Below, piece after piece: positions 21,162 to 34,800 of a DNA stretch of 64,000 bases; positions within the stretch are counted from its first letter, which is position 1; each line of letters opens with the position of its first letter. The position numbers and the translations under genes were made by a program. A model generated the notes under the pieces. That model searched no databases. It was not told where the DNA came from and saw nothing but the letters and a program-made list of their open reading frames with translations. The DNA is from Ascidiella aspersa (Eukaryota). The DNA is taken from assembly GCA_963924565.1 (NCBI GenBank), contig OZ004614.1, forward strand, positions 18,290,001 through 18,354,000. The letters are read 5' to 3'.

Positions 21162-22515
21162 AACTCGAACATACAAGTGTATGACCCAAATATGTTGTCC
21201 AAGCCATGGAGCATGGTTGTTTCCCAGGGGAATCCCCACACCGCCGCAGGGAATCCTTCCCTCGTCGCAGCGCCCTGCAGGAGGGAGGTCTTCTCCCGTC
21301 GTACGGAGGTCGTTGCTAAAATTCCTAGCAAGAGGTCAAGGAACTTCATCTACAGCCTCCTAAAACTGGTGTCGTTCGACACCAACAATCTGGAGGGGAT
21401 AGTCGAACGAAAAGGAGGCTACACCGACTTCACGTGCAAAACTGAACAGCAAGCCGAAGAGTTGGTCTTCAAGCTGAAGAGCAGACCCGAGGTCGATCTC
21501 GCAAGGCGCTATGAGAGCGAATATACCAGCGTGGAAATATCGCACGTGCCACCTCGCTTCGACATCGGTACGCTTATGGCGTACATCCAGAAGAATCACG
21601 GCACTGCCCTAGAGGCCAGAAAACTAAAGGACGCCATAGCCGGTCTCCCAGACGGGAGAATAAAAGCAGAGGTGCTCACCGAGCACCTGAAACGAAAACC
21701 CATCCCGGCAACCATCCGTTGCGAAGGACTCACGTTTCCAGTGAGGTACTACCAGCAACCACAGCAGTGCTTCCACTGCAGAGCCTTCGGCCACATCCGG
21801 GCAAATTGCCCGACACGCCAGCCCCCATCGCAGCGCACAGCAGACGAGGAACCCGACCCAGCGACAATCTCAGAGAAGACCCCGGAGAACACGCCAACAG
21901 ACATCTCGTCGGAGAGCGGTGAGAAGACAGAGGCGGCAACATCATCCAGCATAACGGCGGCCACAGCAGTAACAGCAACAGCAGCATCCGGCAACTCAGC
22001 GGCAAACGATATCCAACAGCCAGAAGAAGACTGCACCACCAAACGACAAAGAAGCAGCGGCAACACCCCTCCCGAGAACGACCAAAAGCGTCCAAAAGCA
22101 GAAGATGACAGGCTATGCCTGCCGCAGTCCGAGGGGCCTTCTGTGGACGGGCCAGTGCGTAAATGCCGTGAATGCCTCGAGTGCGACTGCCAAGCACTCG
22201 TGGATTTTCCAGAGCCGGGCACACCGACTGTATGTGACGCCTGCAAAAGGATCTTCCGCTGGTGCGACGAATGCAATTATGCATACGTGTGGCTTCCCAA
22301 AAGCCAGAAGTCTTGCCCCACGTGCGGGACTTTCATACCGGAAAGCCTCTCACAAACCCTCCCGGGTTGACAGAGGCGGTCTGGAAGCAGGGAACCTGCA
22401 TAATCATTGTTTGTTTTTCAAAGTTTTATTTGCATATTTGTTTTTCGCCTCGCCCGTTTTATTTCGTTCTTTTTTCTTATTCGTTTTCTGTAATTGATGC
22501 GAATAAACCAACATA
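21160..22515 (+). mobile_element. Family C copy 2 (intact ORF1 21192-22370)
   Basis: Near-identical to copy 1; followed by CTCCTGTCAAAATGGCTGC. Confidence 0.85.
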
Positions 22516-22561
22516 CTCCTGTCAAAATGGCTGCAAGCAAAGGCACCAAAAAGGCTGTCAA

Positions 22562-24419
22562 TGAAGCAGACCCTCCTCTCCTCGAAGACCGTCCTGCAAC
22601 TGTCAGCTCTTTCCTCCAACCCCCTGCAACCCAGCCAGCTGAAGTTTTGGCCACTGATGTGCCCTCAACGTCGCAAGCTCGTCCGAAGATGCTTGCAAAC
22701 GTCGACCAAGACATCATTGATGCCTTGATGTTCGACCAATCCTCAGACGTGACTGCACGTTTTGTTCCAGCCCTCAGTCGGGCTATGATCTCGCTGCTGA
22801 TGCACGAGGTCTACCCGACTATGAGGGACTGGATCGACCACCTTGAAGCGATTGTACAAAAGCCGAACGGCTATGTTACTTTCACTTGCACGAAAAGAGA
22901 ATCTGCTGCCGCTCTGACAGCACTACTACGGGCGAGGCCCGAATGCAGTTTTGCCGAGCTATTTGATGAAGATCAAATAAAGGCAAAACTGTCATATGTA
23001 CCTCCGCGAATGCGAAACGACGCCATCAAGAGATGGTTTACTCTCAAATATGCCGAGTGCACAAGAGTCAGAATCCTTCGGGATACTGATAAATGTGCCA
23101 ATGGCAAGAGGGAACTGACGCTGAAAAGCTCAGAAATAGAGAATAATCCGATCCCGAAGTTTATAAAACTTGGGAAGGCCAAGGTAGCAGTTTTCTACCA
23201 AGGCCAGCCGGACTTTTGCAATTATTGCAAAGAGATGGGTCACGAAATACCCTCGTGCCCAAAACTGGCAAAAAAAAAGAGAAAAAAAGAGAATACGCCA
23301 AACAAAAGCATCTCGTCAGAGCAGAGCCACCGCCTCTGAACGACGAAAATTTTCCTCCTATGGAGGTACTACCAGGAGGCTCTCCACTGCTCGCTGGGAT
23401 CCCCCCCAGTGCCACTAGCACACCGAACGTGGTCAGAATATCGCCCAGCAAGAGCGAAAAACGAAGAAAAAGGAAAGAACGAAGAAAAGAAAAGAAGAGA
23501 CAACAAAGAGAGAAGCGAAAAGAAAAGAAGAAGGCAAAGAAAAGAAATGATACAACAACGGAGACATCCACTTCATCTACCCCCCTCCCAAACAACGACG
23601 CCGATCCCGGTGTCGAAATCAATTCCTCTCTCGAGGCCGAGCTCGAGGAAAATGCTTTCATGGCGTTCCATGCCTATGAGACACCCCTCAATGCCATTCC
23701 CATTGGAATTGATCCCGGTTCCGCGAGCGGTAATTCCTCCCATATATTCTCTTCGAGCGACCCATCGCCACAAGGGAAGAGAAATAGAGCTTCGACCTCA
23801 GAAGGGAGCTCAAAAACACCCGCCCACAAGCCGAAGCGTCGATTGGTCGATTATACCATAGACGAGATCTCGGCAATCAAGGCCCAAACAGTGACCGGTG
23901 GTAACTACACCGGGTACTTTTGCCGAGCATGCCGCAATTATTTCAACCCTCTCATGAAGGAGCAGTCAACTCAATGTGGCTGTCCTCTAACATCGAAACA
24001 GCTCTACAGCGAGCTGCAATGCGAGCTATACGCGCATGAGTCTACTTTTTAGAAGCCCTCCCTACTTCTCAGATGTTCGAAGATGCCACCTCCAGGTTCT
24101 TCAGTTTATGTGAAGACATCTTCGTTCATCCCTTTGGATTCCTTTTTTTTTTCATTGTAAGTATACTTTGCATTGTTTGTTTATGTTTTTGTCTTTCGAC
24201 AAGAACTCAACAACTTTGTATATATTCCCTTTATTCACTGTATATTTAACTTGTATTATTTGTTTCGTTTTTTTTTCTCGCAAAACTTTAATAAAACAAC
24301 GGGCAATGATGCTCCCCTCCCCGGGTGGTGCAGCTGTCACCAACACAAACCCGAGGCCCTGAGCCCGGTAAAAAAAAAAAAAAAAAAAAAAACAAAAAAA
24401 AAAAAAAAAAAAAAAAAAA
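22562..24419 (+). mobile_element. Family D copy 2 (H2B ATG at 22527; frameshift in A-run ~23280; C/D module 24300-24367)
   Basis: Near-identical to copy 1; ORF split into 22494-23339 and 23216-24052. Confidence 0.85.
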
Positions 24420-25780
24420 CAAGAAACTCGAACATACAAGTGTATGACCCAAATATGTTGTCCAAGCCATGGAGCATGGTTGTTTCCCAGGGGAATCCCC
24501 ACACCGCCGCAGGGAATCCTTCCCTCGTCGCAGCGCCCTGCAGGAGGGAGGTCTTCTCCCGTCGTACGGAGGTCGTTGCTAAAATTCCTAGCAAGAGGTC
24601 AAGGAATTTCATCTACAGCCTCCTAAAACTGGTGTCTTTCGACACCAACAATCTGGAGGGGATAGTCGAACGAAAAGGAGGCTACACCGACTTTACTTGC
24701 AAAACTGAGCAGCAAGCTGAAGAGTTGGTCTTCAAGCTGAAGAGCAGACCCGAGGTCGATCTCGCAAGGCGCTATGAGAGCGAATATACCAGCGTGGAAA
24801 TCTCCCACGTGCCACCTCGCTTCAACATCGGTACGCTTATGGCGTACATCCAGAAGAACCACGGCACTGTCCTAGAGGCCAGAAAGCTAAAGGACGCCAT
24901 AGCCGGTCTCCCAGACGGGAGAATAAAAGCAGAGGTGCTCACCGAGCACCTGAAACGAAAACCCATCCCGGCAACCATCCGATGCGAAGGACTCACGTTT
25001 CCAGTGAGATACTACCAGCAACCACAGCAGTGCTTTCACTGCAGAGCCTTCGGCCACATCCGGGCAAATTGCCCGACACGCCAGCCCCCATCGCAGCGCA
25101 CAGCAGACGAGGAACCCGACCCAGCGACAATCTCAGAGAAGACCCCGGAGAACACGCCAACAGACATCTCGTCGGAGAGCAGTGAGAAGACAGAGGCGGC
25201 AACATCATCCAGCATAACGGCGGCCACAGCAGTAACAGCAACAGCAGCATCCGGCAACTCAGCGGCAAACGATATCCAACAGCCAGAAGACGACTGCACC
25301 ACCAAACGACAAAGAAGCAGCGGCAACACCCCTCCCGAAAACGACCAAAAGCGTCCAAAAGCAGAAGATGACAGGCTATGCCTGCCGCAGTCCGAGGGGC
25401 CTTCTGTGGACGGGCCAGTGCGTAAATGCCGTGAATGCCTCGAGTGCGACTGCCAAGCACTCGTGGATTTTCCAGAGCCGGGCACACCGACTGTATGTGA
25501 CGCCTGCAAAAGGATCTTCCGCTGGTGCGAGGAATGCAATTATGCATACGTGTGGCTTCCCAAAAGCCAGAAGTCTTGCCCCACGTGCGGGACTTTCATA
25601 CCGGAAAGCCTCTCACAAACCCTCCCGGGTTGACAGAGGCGATCTGGAAGCAGGGAACCTGCATAATCATTGTTTGTTTTCAAAGTTTTAGTTGCATATT
25701 TGTTTTTCGCCTCGCCCGTTTTATTTCGTTCTTTTTCTTTCTTATTCGTTTTCTGTAATTGATGCGAATAAACCAACATA
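24420..25780 (+). mobile_element. Family C copy 3 (intact ORF1 24455-25633)
   Basis: Same 392-aa ORF; ends AACCAACATA|CTCC. Confidence 0.85.
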
Positions 25781-25784
25781 CTCC

Positions 25785-27114
25785 GATTTCACTCGAGAAA
25801 CAAGACACTAGAACATACAAGTGTATGACCCAAATATGATGTCCAAGCCATGGAACATGGCCGTTTCCCAGGGGAATCCCCACACCGCCGCAGGGAATCC
25901 TTCCCTCGTCGCAGCGCCCCGCAGGAGGGAGAGGTCTTCTCCCGTCGTACGGAGGTCGTTGCTAAAATTCCTAGCAAGAGAACAAGGAACTACATCTACA
26001 GCCTCCTATAAAACTGGTGTCTTTCGACACCAACAACCTGGAGGGGATAGTCGAAAGAAAAGAAGGCTACACAGACTTTACGTGCAAAACTGAACAGCAA
26101 GCTGAAGAGTTGGTCTTCAAGCTGAAGAGCAGACCCGAGGTCGATCTCGCAAGGCGCTATGAGAGCGAATACACCAGCGTGGAAATCTCGCACGTGCCAC
26201 CTCGCTTCAACATCGGTACGCTTATGGCGTACATCCAGAAGAACCACACGGCACTGCTCTAGAGGCCAGAAAGCTAAAGGGCGCCATAGCCGGTCTCCCA
26301 GACGGGAGAATAAAAACAGAGGTGCTCACCGAGCACCTGAAACGAAATCCCATCCCGGCAACCATCCGATGCGAAAGACTCACATTTCCAGTGAGGTACT
26401 ACCAACAACCACAGCAGTGCTTCCACTGCAGAGCCTTCGGCCACATCCGGGCAAATTGCCCCCATCGCAGCGCACATCAGACGAGGAACCCGACCCAACG
26501 GCAAACCTCGTAAACAACATCGCCAAACGCAACAGCAACAACAGCAACAACAATCTCCGGCAACTCAGCGGCAACCTACATCCAACAGCCAGAAGACCAC
26601 TGCACCACCAAACGAACAAGAAGCAGCGGCAACACCCCTCCCGAGAACGACCAAAAGCTACCAAAGGCCGGGATGACAGGCTATACCTGCCACCGTACGA
26701 AAAGCCTTCTTTCCACAACGAAGGGTGCGATTACCTCATCTGCACCTGCACCGGTGTGGTGGAATAATATCCAGAGGCGGACGCACCGACCGTATGCGGT
26801 GAATGTTTGAAGCTCTACCGCATGTGCAATGGATGCAATGAAGCACACGAGTGGCACCTCGAGAGCCAGAAGCTTTTCCCCAAGTGCAAGACCCCCATAA
26901 TAGGCTTCCTCTCGCAAACCCTTCCAGGTTAACAGGGGTGGCCTAGAGTGGGAATCCCGCAGAAAGTCAAATGCGCTATTTTTTGCCTAATTTGCATAAT
27001 TTCGTTAATTTCAATTATTTTTTTATATTCACATTTGTTTTCGTTTCGCCCGTTTTATTTCGTTCTTTTTCTCCCTTATTCGTTTTCTTTAATTGATGCG
27101 AATAAACCAACATA
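25785..27114 (+). mobile_element. Family C copy 4, frameshifted, with variant C-terminus
   Basis: Starts GATTTCACTCGAG; fragmented ORF1; ends AACCAACATA before an H2B start remnant. Confidence 0.8.
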
Positions 27115-27117
27115 CTC

Positions 27118-27147
27118 ATGGCTGCAAGCAAAGGAAAGGCTGTTAAG
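27118..27147 (+). pseudogene. H2B N-terminal remnant
   Basis: ATGGCTGCAAGCAAAGG-AAAGGCTGTTAAG with an internal deletion. Confidence 0.75.
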
Positions 27148-30100
27148 TAATAGCTTTGTTGTACGTGAAGGAGTAGAAGCCGCAAGGCTCAGCAACTGGC
27201 TGACCTTGTTTCTAGTGTTGTTACAGCAAACCTGTCTTACTGCTGCCATTTAGCTTTGAGGCATCGCTGAATACAAAGAGTAGCAGTTGCTTGGATTTAT
27301 TTTCATCGCTCAGCACAACGGCTTGGATTTCATCGTTTCCGTTATATGGAAACATATCGCTTCATAAGGTAACAATTGTTTGTATATTTTTCATTCGCTG
27401 GGACCCCCCGTTCGAAGCTGGATAACAAGAACCTGTAAAGACTTCGATATGAAGCGCTTAAACGTGGACCGAACAGGCGAGGTAACCATCCAGTTTGCCC
27501 CGCCCCAATCGAGACCACAGATTTACGAGCTCATGGAGCAGCATCTCGGCTTTAACTACAAGCGCCACCTTGAAAGCTTCATACAAAAGCCGAACGGGAA
27601 AAACTATTTTGTGCTGCCACGACCAGCAGCAAGCTGTCGAATTAGCTGCCAAGCTAAATACATCGAACGTAGTTAAACGGGCCGACCCCTACGAGGACTC
27701 AATTATCAAGGCAAGGTTTGTTTGTCAGGGACTTTTTCTCTGCCAACGTTGCCCCGTGTAGACTCGCCATTGACGCACCTGATTCAAGGCGCATTAATGC
27801 CGGGAAACTCATCTTAGACTTAGACCGCCAGTCGGTAGAGCTAAAGGCAATACCCAAGGAAATAAAAATGGGCCATAATACCATTATCGGGGTCCATTAC
27901 GATGGCCAACCTGAATCATGCAGGTACTGCAAACAATCTGGCCACGTCTTAGAGACATGCCCCAAATTATTAAAGAAAAACCGCGATAACGAAGAACGAA
28001 AATTGTTAGAAACCAAAAGAGCAGAAGAGGAACGACAACTTGCGCAAAATAGGCAACAAATTGTCCTTGGGGACTTCCTGAACAACGTAGTCTCTCCCTC
28101 ATCGTCTCTTACGAGACCGGAGGACCTCGGTCACATTCTTCCCGCAGAGACCAGCACCCCGGGAGGAAGACGAGTAGTACACAGGAGCGGAAGTCAACGC
28201 ATCAACCCGCCTCCACTGGAGAGCTCTGCTGAAACAACAACTACTTCCAGCTCTGATGATCTGAGCACTGGCTCATCAACAGAGCAGGAGGAGCAGGAGC
28301 AGGAGCAACAGGAGGAACACAAGAAGGAGCAGCGGAAGGAGAAGGAGCAAGATAAGAAGGAGCAGGAGCAGCATGATGAACAACACCATAACACACCGGA
28401 CCCGGACTCGGAACGGGGCAAAGGTACTCAACCTGTTGGCGGCACCAAGAGACCCTTAGAGATCTCGCCGTCCGACACTAGTGGCACATCCAGAAAAATC
28501 CCCTACACCGACTTGGTGTGTCAGGCCTGCCATGGCATCAGTACCAATTGGCCGCAACCTTTTATGCTCAGAATGTGGGGACGATTCCTTCGCACCCCTC
28601 AACTATAGTTGCCCCCCAGTTTTGATAACCCCCTCTTTTAAAAAAAAAATGTCAAAATTTTAAAACCCCTTATCAATAAACAAAATGGCGTCACATTTAA
28701 AAATCGCAACTTTTATTGTAAACGGTTTAACCAATGTAACTAAACGTAATGCTGTCTTCAACTATTTAAAAACTTTAAGCGTCAACATTTTAGTTTTGCA
28801 GGAGACCCACTCGACACCCCAGGTTGAGTCAACCTGGGCTGCCGAGTGGGCTCCGGGTGTAGGTTGTTTCAATTCTTGTCCCTCCGGAGGGTCTTCCTCC
28901 GGGGGTGTCGCCATTTTATTTCCTGCGTCCCCACTTACCTACCCCTTTAGACATTTTCTCAGATCTCACCGGCAAAATTATATCCTGTAATATTAATACT
29001 CTAACCCATACCATACATTTAACCAATATATATGCCCCGTCCGGTAAAATCAATTATTTAGCCAACAACAAATTTTTCGACAACCTTTACCCTTACGTAA
29101 TCGCTCACCTCCATAAAGAAATAGCTAAAAAACTTAACGTAGAAAAATCCCGGGAAATAGCCCAGAAACATTTGGACCTTGCCAAATTACGGGAACAAAT
29201 GAGTCCCCTTAACTACCCCCAAACCTTTGCTACTTTCCAAAAATTAAAACGTGAACTCAACCAATACTACCTGGAAAAATCAAAACAAGACCTTCTAAAG
29301 GCAAAGATTGATAATATGGAAAATAAAAATATATCTAATAAAGCCCTTTACACTCGAGTATTGCCACAAAGAAAAAAACCCATATTAAAGAATTACTGGA
29401 CGAATTTCACCTCCCACATACCACCCCCTCAGAACTCTGCCACCTAGCGGAAACTTTTACCAAAACTTGTACGACTCCCCCCCGATCCCCCAGACCCAAT
29501 ACGACCCCTTCATCCACAATCACACCCCAATTCCCGACCAACTTCACCACTCACTCACCCAACCATTCACCCAACACGAAATTAGAAACATCATTAAGAC
29601 CTTCCCCACCGGTAAAACCCCCGGGCCCGACGGTCTCAGCATCGAGTTTTACACGGAATGCTGGGACCTCATCGTGCCCTATCTCACCCTTGCCCTCAAT
29701 CATGCTTACCTTGCCCCAATCCTCCCCGCCGATTTCACCCACGGAGCCATAAACCCTTATCCCCAAAACCCCCGCTGCCAACACCCTTGCCAACTATCGC
29801 CCCATTTCTCTTCTAAACACAGATCTCAAAATCCTAAACAAAATTTTACACCAATGTATTAAACCGCATTTAAAACACTTTCTCTCACCCTTACAACACG
29901 CACAACCCGGGAAAAATACATCAACTGCATCAACAACCCTCATCCGTGACCTCTACCACCATGCCACCCAGAACATCCTATTTTATATCCCTTGATTTTA
30001 AAAAAGCCTTCGATTCAATCACCCACCCCTGGCTCACCCACATCCTCACCACCCGCAACTTCCCCCCACCCACCCTTCATAAATTACATCCAAACCACCC

Positions 30101-32162
30101 AAACTTCAGCTACCTCCAAAAATTTAATAAATGGCTTCCCCACTAACCCCGTGGCGATCAGAAGAGGTGTGAGGCAAGGCGACCCGCTGAGTCTCATCGC
30201 CCTCGACTCCTTCCTCTAAAACAGCCAGGACAACCCCTCCATTTCTCCCTCTCCCGCCCCTACCCGCACCCCACCCAAACTCGTCGCATACGCGGACGAT
30301 GTTACTACCCTCCTTGCCCACCCCCACTCCCTCCCCCTGCTATTCGACACCTTGGCCAAATTTACAACCGTATCCGGCTTGACCCTCAACCCCCTCAAAA
30401 CGAAGGTTACCTATACCAAATCCCTCCCCCTCCCCTCCATGATATACCTCAAATCGATTGGAACCCCCTATCCATATCCCCCTTAAATATACCCATAGGA
30501 GACCCCACCCAAATTACTCAAGCTTGGCAATCTTCATACACAAACTTTAAAAACAAGATCTCACAAATTACACATCCGTTTCTAACCTTTGACTCCAAAT
30601 CCATTCTCTCTAAGACCATCCTTCTCCCCAATTTTACTCAACTGGCATCCGTTTACCCAGCCCCAAACCTTATAAAAAATCCCATTCCCCTCGACACCCT
30701 GGCGGCCAGTCGCCCCCATCCCCCTCTACCTCGACCTCTTCCTTACCCGCATAATAGGCCCCTACCTCAACCAACGCACCCTTGATTCCCCCGCTGATAC
30801 CCAAAATCAAATTATAGAATACAACCTTGGAATTCCTCGATCAAAGAAATACGATTTTAGAATCAAAAATAATCTGCCACACACTATGTTTCCCTCACCA
30901 TATTATCAACAAATTTGGACTTTAATAACTCAATATAATCCGACATTGACCGAACTCACGTGCCCCAAAATAAAACCTCTACCTCCGCCTCACCATCCCC
31001 CAGCAATACTCTAATCCCAATCCCAGCTACAACCCCCCCAATTGGACCCAAGTTCACCACCCCCTCGCCCGCAACGCAATACCGGTAAAATCCCACACCA
31101 CCCCCAATATACTTTCCCTTGACCCCAACTGCCCCCTTTGCCACACAAAATATGAGTCCGATGCCCACCTATTCCACAACTGCATCCAAATCCAAGCCCT
31201 CCTCACCCATGTCAAAAACCTTTATTTTAATTTCACCTTCCAACCCACTACCTTTTTTGATTTTCATTCCCATATTTATTTTGTCATCCCGCCCCACTCC
31301 CCAACAACGACCTTATCACACTTTTAAATACAATCCTACACCACACCATATGGAAAACCCGCATTAGAAAAATCATATATCCCCAGACCCGCAACCCACC
31401 CCACCCCAAAGCCTAGTACTATTTTTTAATAACTCTATTCGATCCCGGTGCCAAATTGAACAGGCCAGACCCTTCTCTCCCCACATTGACCTGTTCGTTA
31501 AGCTAACTTCCCTCCTTTAATTACCAACTGACCCCTCCTGTCCCACCAAGCTAAATTGTCCAAACCCCATGTCAATCCAAAACCTCAGGGCCATCCTTTT
31601 ACCCCTTTATTTTTATATCTCTTGTTTTGGTTGTGTATATGATTGCCTTTTTCCTTTTATTTCTCTCCTTTTTAACACTCAGTTGTCTTGCTGAATCAGG
31701 AAACGTAGCCCTGAACCATTTGTACCCCTCAGGACGCCATTGTGTTTTTTCATCGCCATTTTGTTTCCCGCCATATATTTTTTTTATTATCGCCATTTTG
31801 ATTTTACAGTTCTGCAAATTATATACATAGAGCCTGTTTTAAAGCTTTTAAACCAAACCCCACCTAAATGTTAGGCTATCACAGCCTCCAAATTTTAGCC
31901 TCACTCTAAAAACAAAAGATCTCCCGCATGCATACACTCCTCCTCATAGGGGGAGTGAAGGGCAGGTCTCGTCTAACTCCCTACTGCAAAACAACCTGGT
32001 TCTGATTTTGCCAACTTTCCTCGTTTTTTTCTTTTTCTTGTTATGCAATATGTCCCAATAAAACAAACCACACAGGGCAATGATGAGCCCAAACCAAAGG
32101 GGGGGTTATTGCTAACCCCACCACCCCCTGATGTACCTGAGCCCTCGAGTAAAAAAAAAAAA
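27148..32162 (+). mobile_element. Family E: decayed two-ORF element at H2B codon 12, with TSD
   Basis: ORF1 remnants (~27450-28640), ORF2 remnants from 28685 (EN and RT motifs, YADD ~30290), C/D module 32074-32145, poly(A), then AAGGCTGTCAAG duplicating the 5' flank. Confidence 0.85.
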
Positions 32163-32172
32163 GGCTGTCAAG

Positions 32173-33147
32173 AAATAGTCTTTGACATTGTTAAAGAAGT
32201 AGAGGCCGCAAGGCCCAGCAGCTGGCTGGATTGTTAGGGTTGTTTACTGCCAGCTTTAGAGCCTTATTATCTGAACTGCAGTCTATGGTTGAATTTTGCA
32301 ACTGTGCTTCGTCAGGCAAGCGAAAGACGTGCTTATAGCACACGGATTATATTCATCGTACTTCTATTTTGGACTATTATCTGTGGAGTGCGTTACCGCA
32401 CAAACTCTTGACCGCACGGTAACATTTGTTCTGTATTTACTATAATACATCGACTCAACGAGTCTGATAGTTTACAGCCAAGGCTGCTCGGAAAATGGCG
32501 ACACCCGGTCCCTCTTATGCAAGCGCGGCAAAAACCTTTAATGAGAAGCCCCTGGCCACACCCTGGAAGTATGTCCGAAACTAAAGAAGAAAAACCGCGA
32601 CATTGCGGAAAGGAAGGCTTTAGAAACAGAGAAGAAGCAGGAGCAAGCCCGGAACGAAGATCAACAACAAGGCCTCCCAAGCCAACCTTTGGCGATTTTT
32701 TCACCTTCGACCACCAACTCGGAGGTACAGTGGAGGTAACCTCCACCCATCTGAAAAACCCGCAGGATCTATCCCACATCGTCAGAGCCGACAACTCCAG
32801 CCCGGAGGGGCGCAAACCCCCAAGGATTACACAAAAGCCCGTTGGGACATCTTATCAGACGTCAACAAATTCGGGAGAAACATCGGAGTCAGAGTCGGTC
32901 TCGGATACAGGAAGCACCTCATCACCTCCCTCCCACCAGGAGAAAGACCAGGAGGAGGAGCGCGAGCACGAGTAGGAGCAGAGGAACCTGGACAACACAA
33001 CACACCAAACCCGGACTTGGAACCGGGCAAAGGTACTGGCCGCTCAAAGAGACCTTTAGAGGTTTCGCCGTCCGATACTATCGGCGCCACAAGTAAAGTC
33101 CCTAACACAAACTTGGTGTGTCAGGGCTGCCATGGCACCGCCATTGG
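32173..33147 (+). mobile_element. Family F: 5' fragment of an E/H-like element at the duplicated H2B site
   Basis: 5' motif AGAGGCCGCAAGGCCCAGCAGCTGGCTGG shared with ~48382; ORF1 remnant PKPTFGDFF. Confidence 0.75.
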
Positions 33148-33282
33148 CCAACACGCTCCGAGTAGTTGCCGTTGCGCATCAGTCTGTGCACACGACCGAC
33201 TGGGAACTGCAGGTCAGCTCTCGAGGAACGGCTCTTCGGCTTTGCCTTTGCTTTACCACCTCCTTTTACCACGTCCAGACAT
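33148..33282 (-). pseudogene. H2A 5' fragment (frameshifted) with an uninserted 5'UTR
   Basis: Matches ~11001-11134; upstream minus-strand UTR CATTCTTTCGATTTGACTCGAAACAAAACAAATAATTTGAAAA-ATG. Confidence 0.9.
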
Positions 33283-33521
33283 TTTTCAAATTATTTGTTT
33301 TGTTTCGAGTCAAATCGAAAGAATGAAGGCGGGCGGTTTCAAACGCCTTTTATAATCCCCACGCCTGTCGAAAAACCGCCCGACACCCAATCGTTTTTTC
33401 CGCGCACTCTCGCACTGCTCCATTGGCGAAAGCGTCGAGCCGTTATTTGCATCTCTTCCGATCAATAAGCGACGAGAGTGGAAAAACACGCCACACTCTT
33501 CGTCGTCGAAAGCACTGAAGA
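33283..33521. promoter_or_regulatory. Third, slightly deleted H2A/H2B promoter copy
   Basis: Matches 1-239 with a ~20-bp deletion; H2B TATA mutated to CAATAA. Confidence 0.85.
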
Positions 33522-34782
33522 TCTTTCGATTTCACTCGAGAAACAAGACACTCGAACATACAAGTGTATGAAGGTTGTACTCCAAATATGATGTCCAAGC
33601 CATGGAACATGGCCGTTGCCCAGGGGAATCCCCACACCGCCGCAGGGAATCCTTCCCTCGTCGCAGCGCCCCGCAGGAGGGAGGTCTTCTCCCGTCGTAC
33701 GGAGGTTGTCGCTAAAACTCCTAGCAAGAGATCTACGCCTCCTGAAATTGGTGTCTTTCGACACCAACAACCTGGAGGGATAGTCGAAAGAAAAGGAGGC
33801 TACACGGATTTTACGTGCAAAACCGAAGAGCGTCCTTAAGCTCAAAAGCAGACCCGAAGTCGATCTCACAAGGCGCTATGAGAGCGAATACACCAGCGTG
33901 GAGATCTCGCACGTCCCACCTCGCTTCAACATCGGTACGCTAATGGCGTACATCCAGAAAAACCATGGCACTGCTCTAGAGGCCAGAAAGCTAAGGACGC
34001 CATAGCCGGACTCCCAGACGGGAGAATAAAAGCAGAGGTGCTCAACGAGCACCTGAAACAAAACCCCATCCCGGCAACCATCAGATGCGAAGGCCTCACA
34101 TTTCCAGTGAGGTATTACCGACAACCGCAGCAATGCTTCCACTGCAGAGCTTTCGGTCACATCCGGGCAAACGCCCCCATCGCAGCACACATCAGACGAG
34201 GAACCCGACCCAGCGACAAACTTCGTGAACATGGATGGCAACGGACACCTCGTCAAAAAGCAAAGAGGAGACGAAAAAAGTGGAAAAAACAGAAGTGGCA
34301 TCATCGTCCAACGCAACAGCAACAACAGCAACAACAACCTCCGGCAACACAGCGGCAACCGACATCAAACAGCCAGAAGACGACCGCACCACCAAACGAC
34401 CAAGAAGCAGCGGCAACACCCCTCCCGAGAACGACCAAAGGCCGAAGATGACAGGCTATGCCTGCCACAGTCCGAGGGGCCTTCTGTGGACAGGCCAGTG
34501 CGTGAATGCCTCGAGTGCGACTGCCAAGCTCTTGTGGATTTTCCAGAGTCGGCCACACCGACTGTATGCGACGCCTGCAAGAGGATCTTCCGCTGGTGCG
34601 ATGGATGCAATTGGGCATACGTGTGGCTTCCCAAAAGCCAGAAGTCTTAGGGGCTCGTAATTTGCATAATCATTGTTTGATTTCAACGTTTTTATTTGCA
34701 TATTTGTTTTCGTCTCGCCCGTTTTATTTCGTTCTTTTTCTCCCTTATTCGTTTTCTTTATTGATGCGAATAAACAAACATA
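33522..34782 (+). mobile_element. Family C copy 5, decayed, in the H2B 5'UTR
   Basis: CACTGAAGA|TCTTTCGATTTCACTCGAG ... AAACAAACATA|CTCCCGTCAA. Confidence 0.82.
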
Positions 34783-34800
34783 CTCCCGTCAACTGTCAAG

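Noticed and set aside
17957-25633. LTR-retrotransposon gag genes
   Set aside because: No LTRs, PBS, protease or integrase; the proteins align with ORF1 of the adjacent non-LTR elements.
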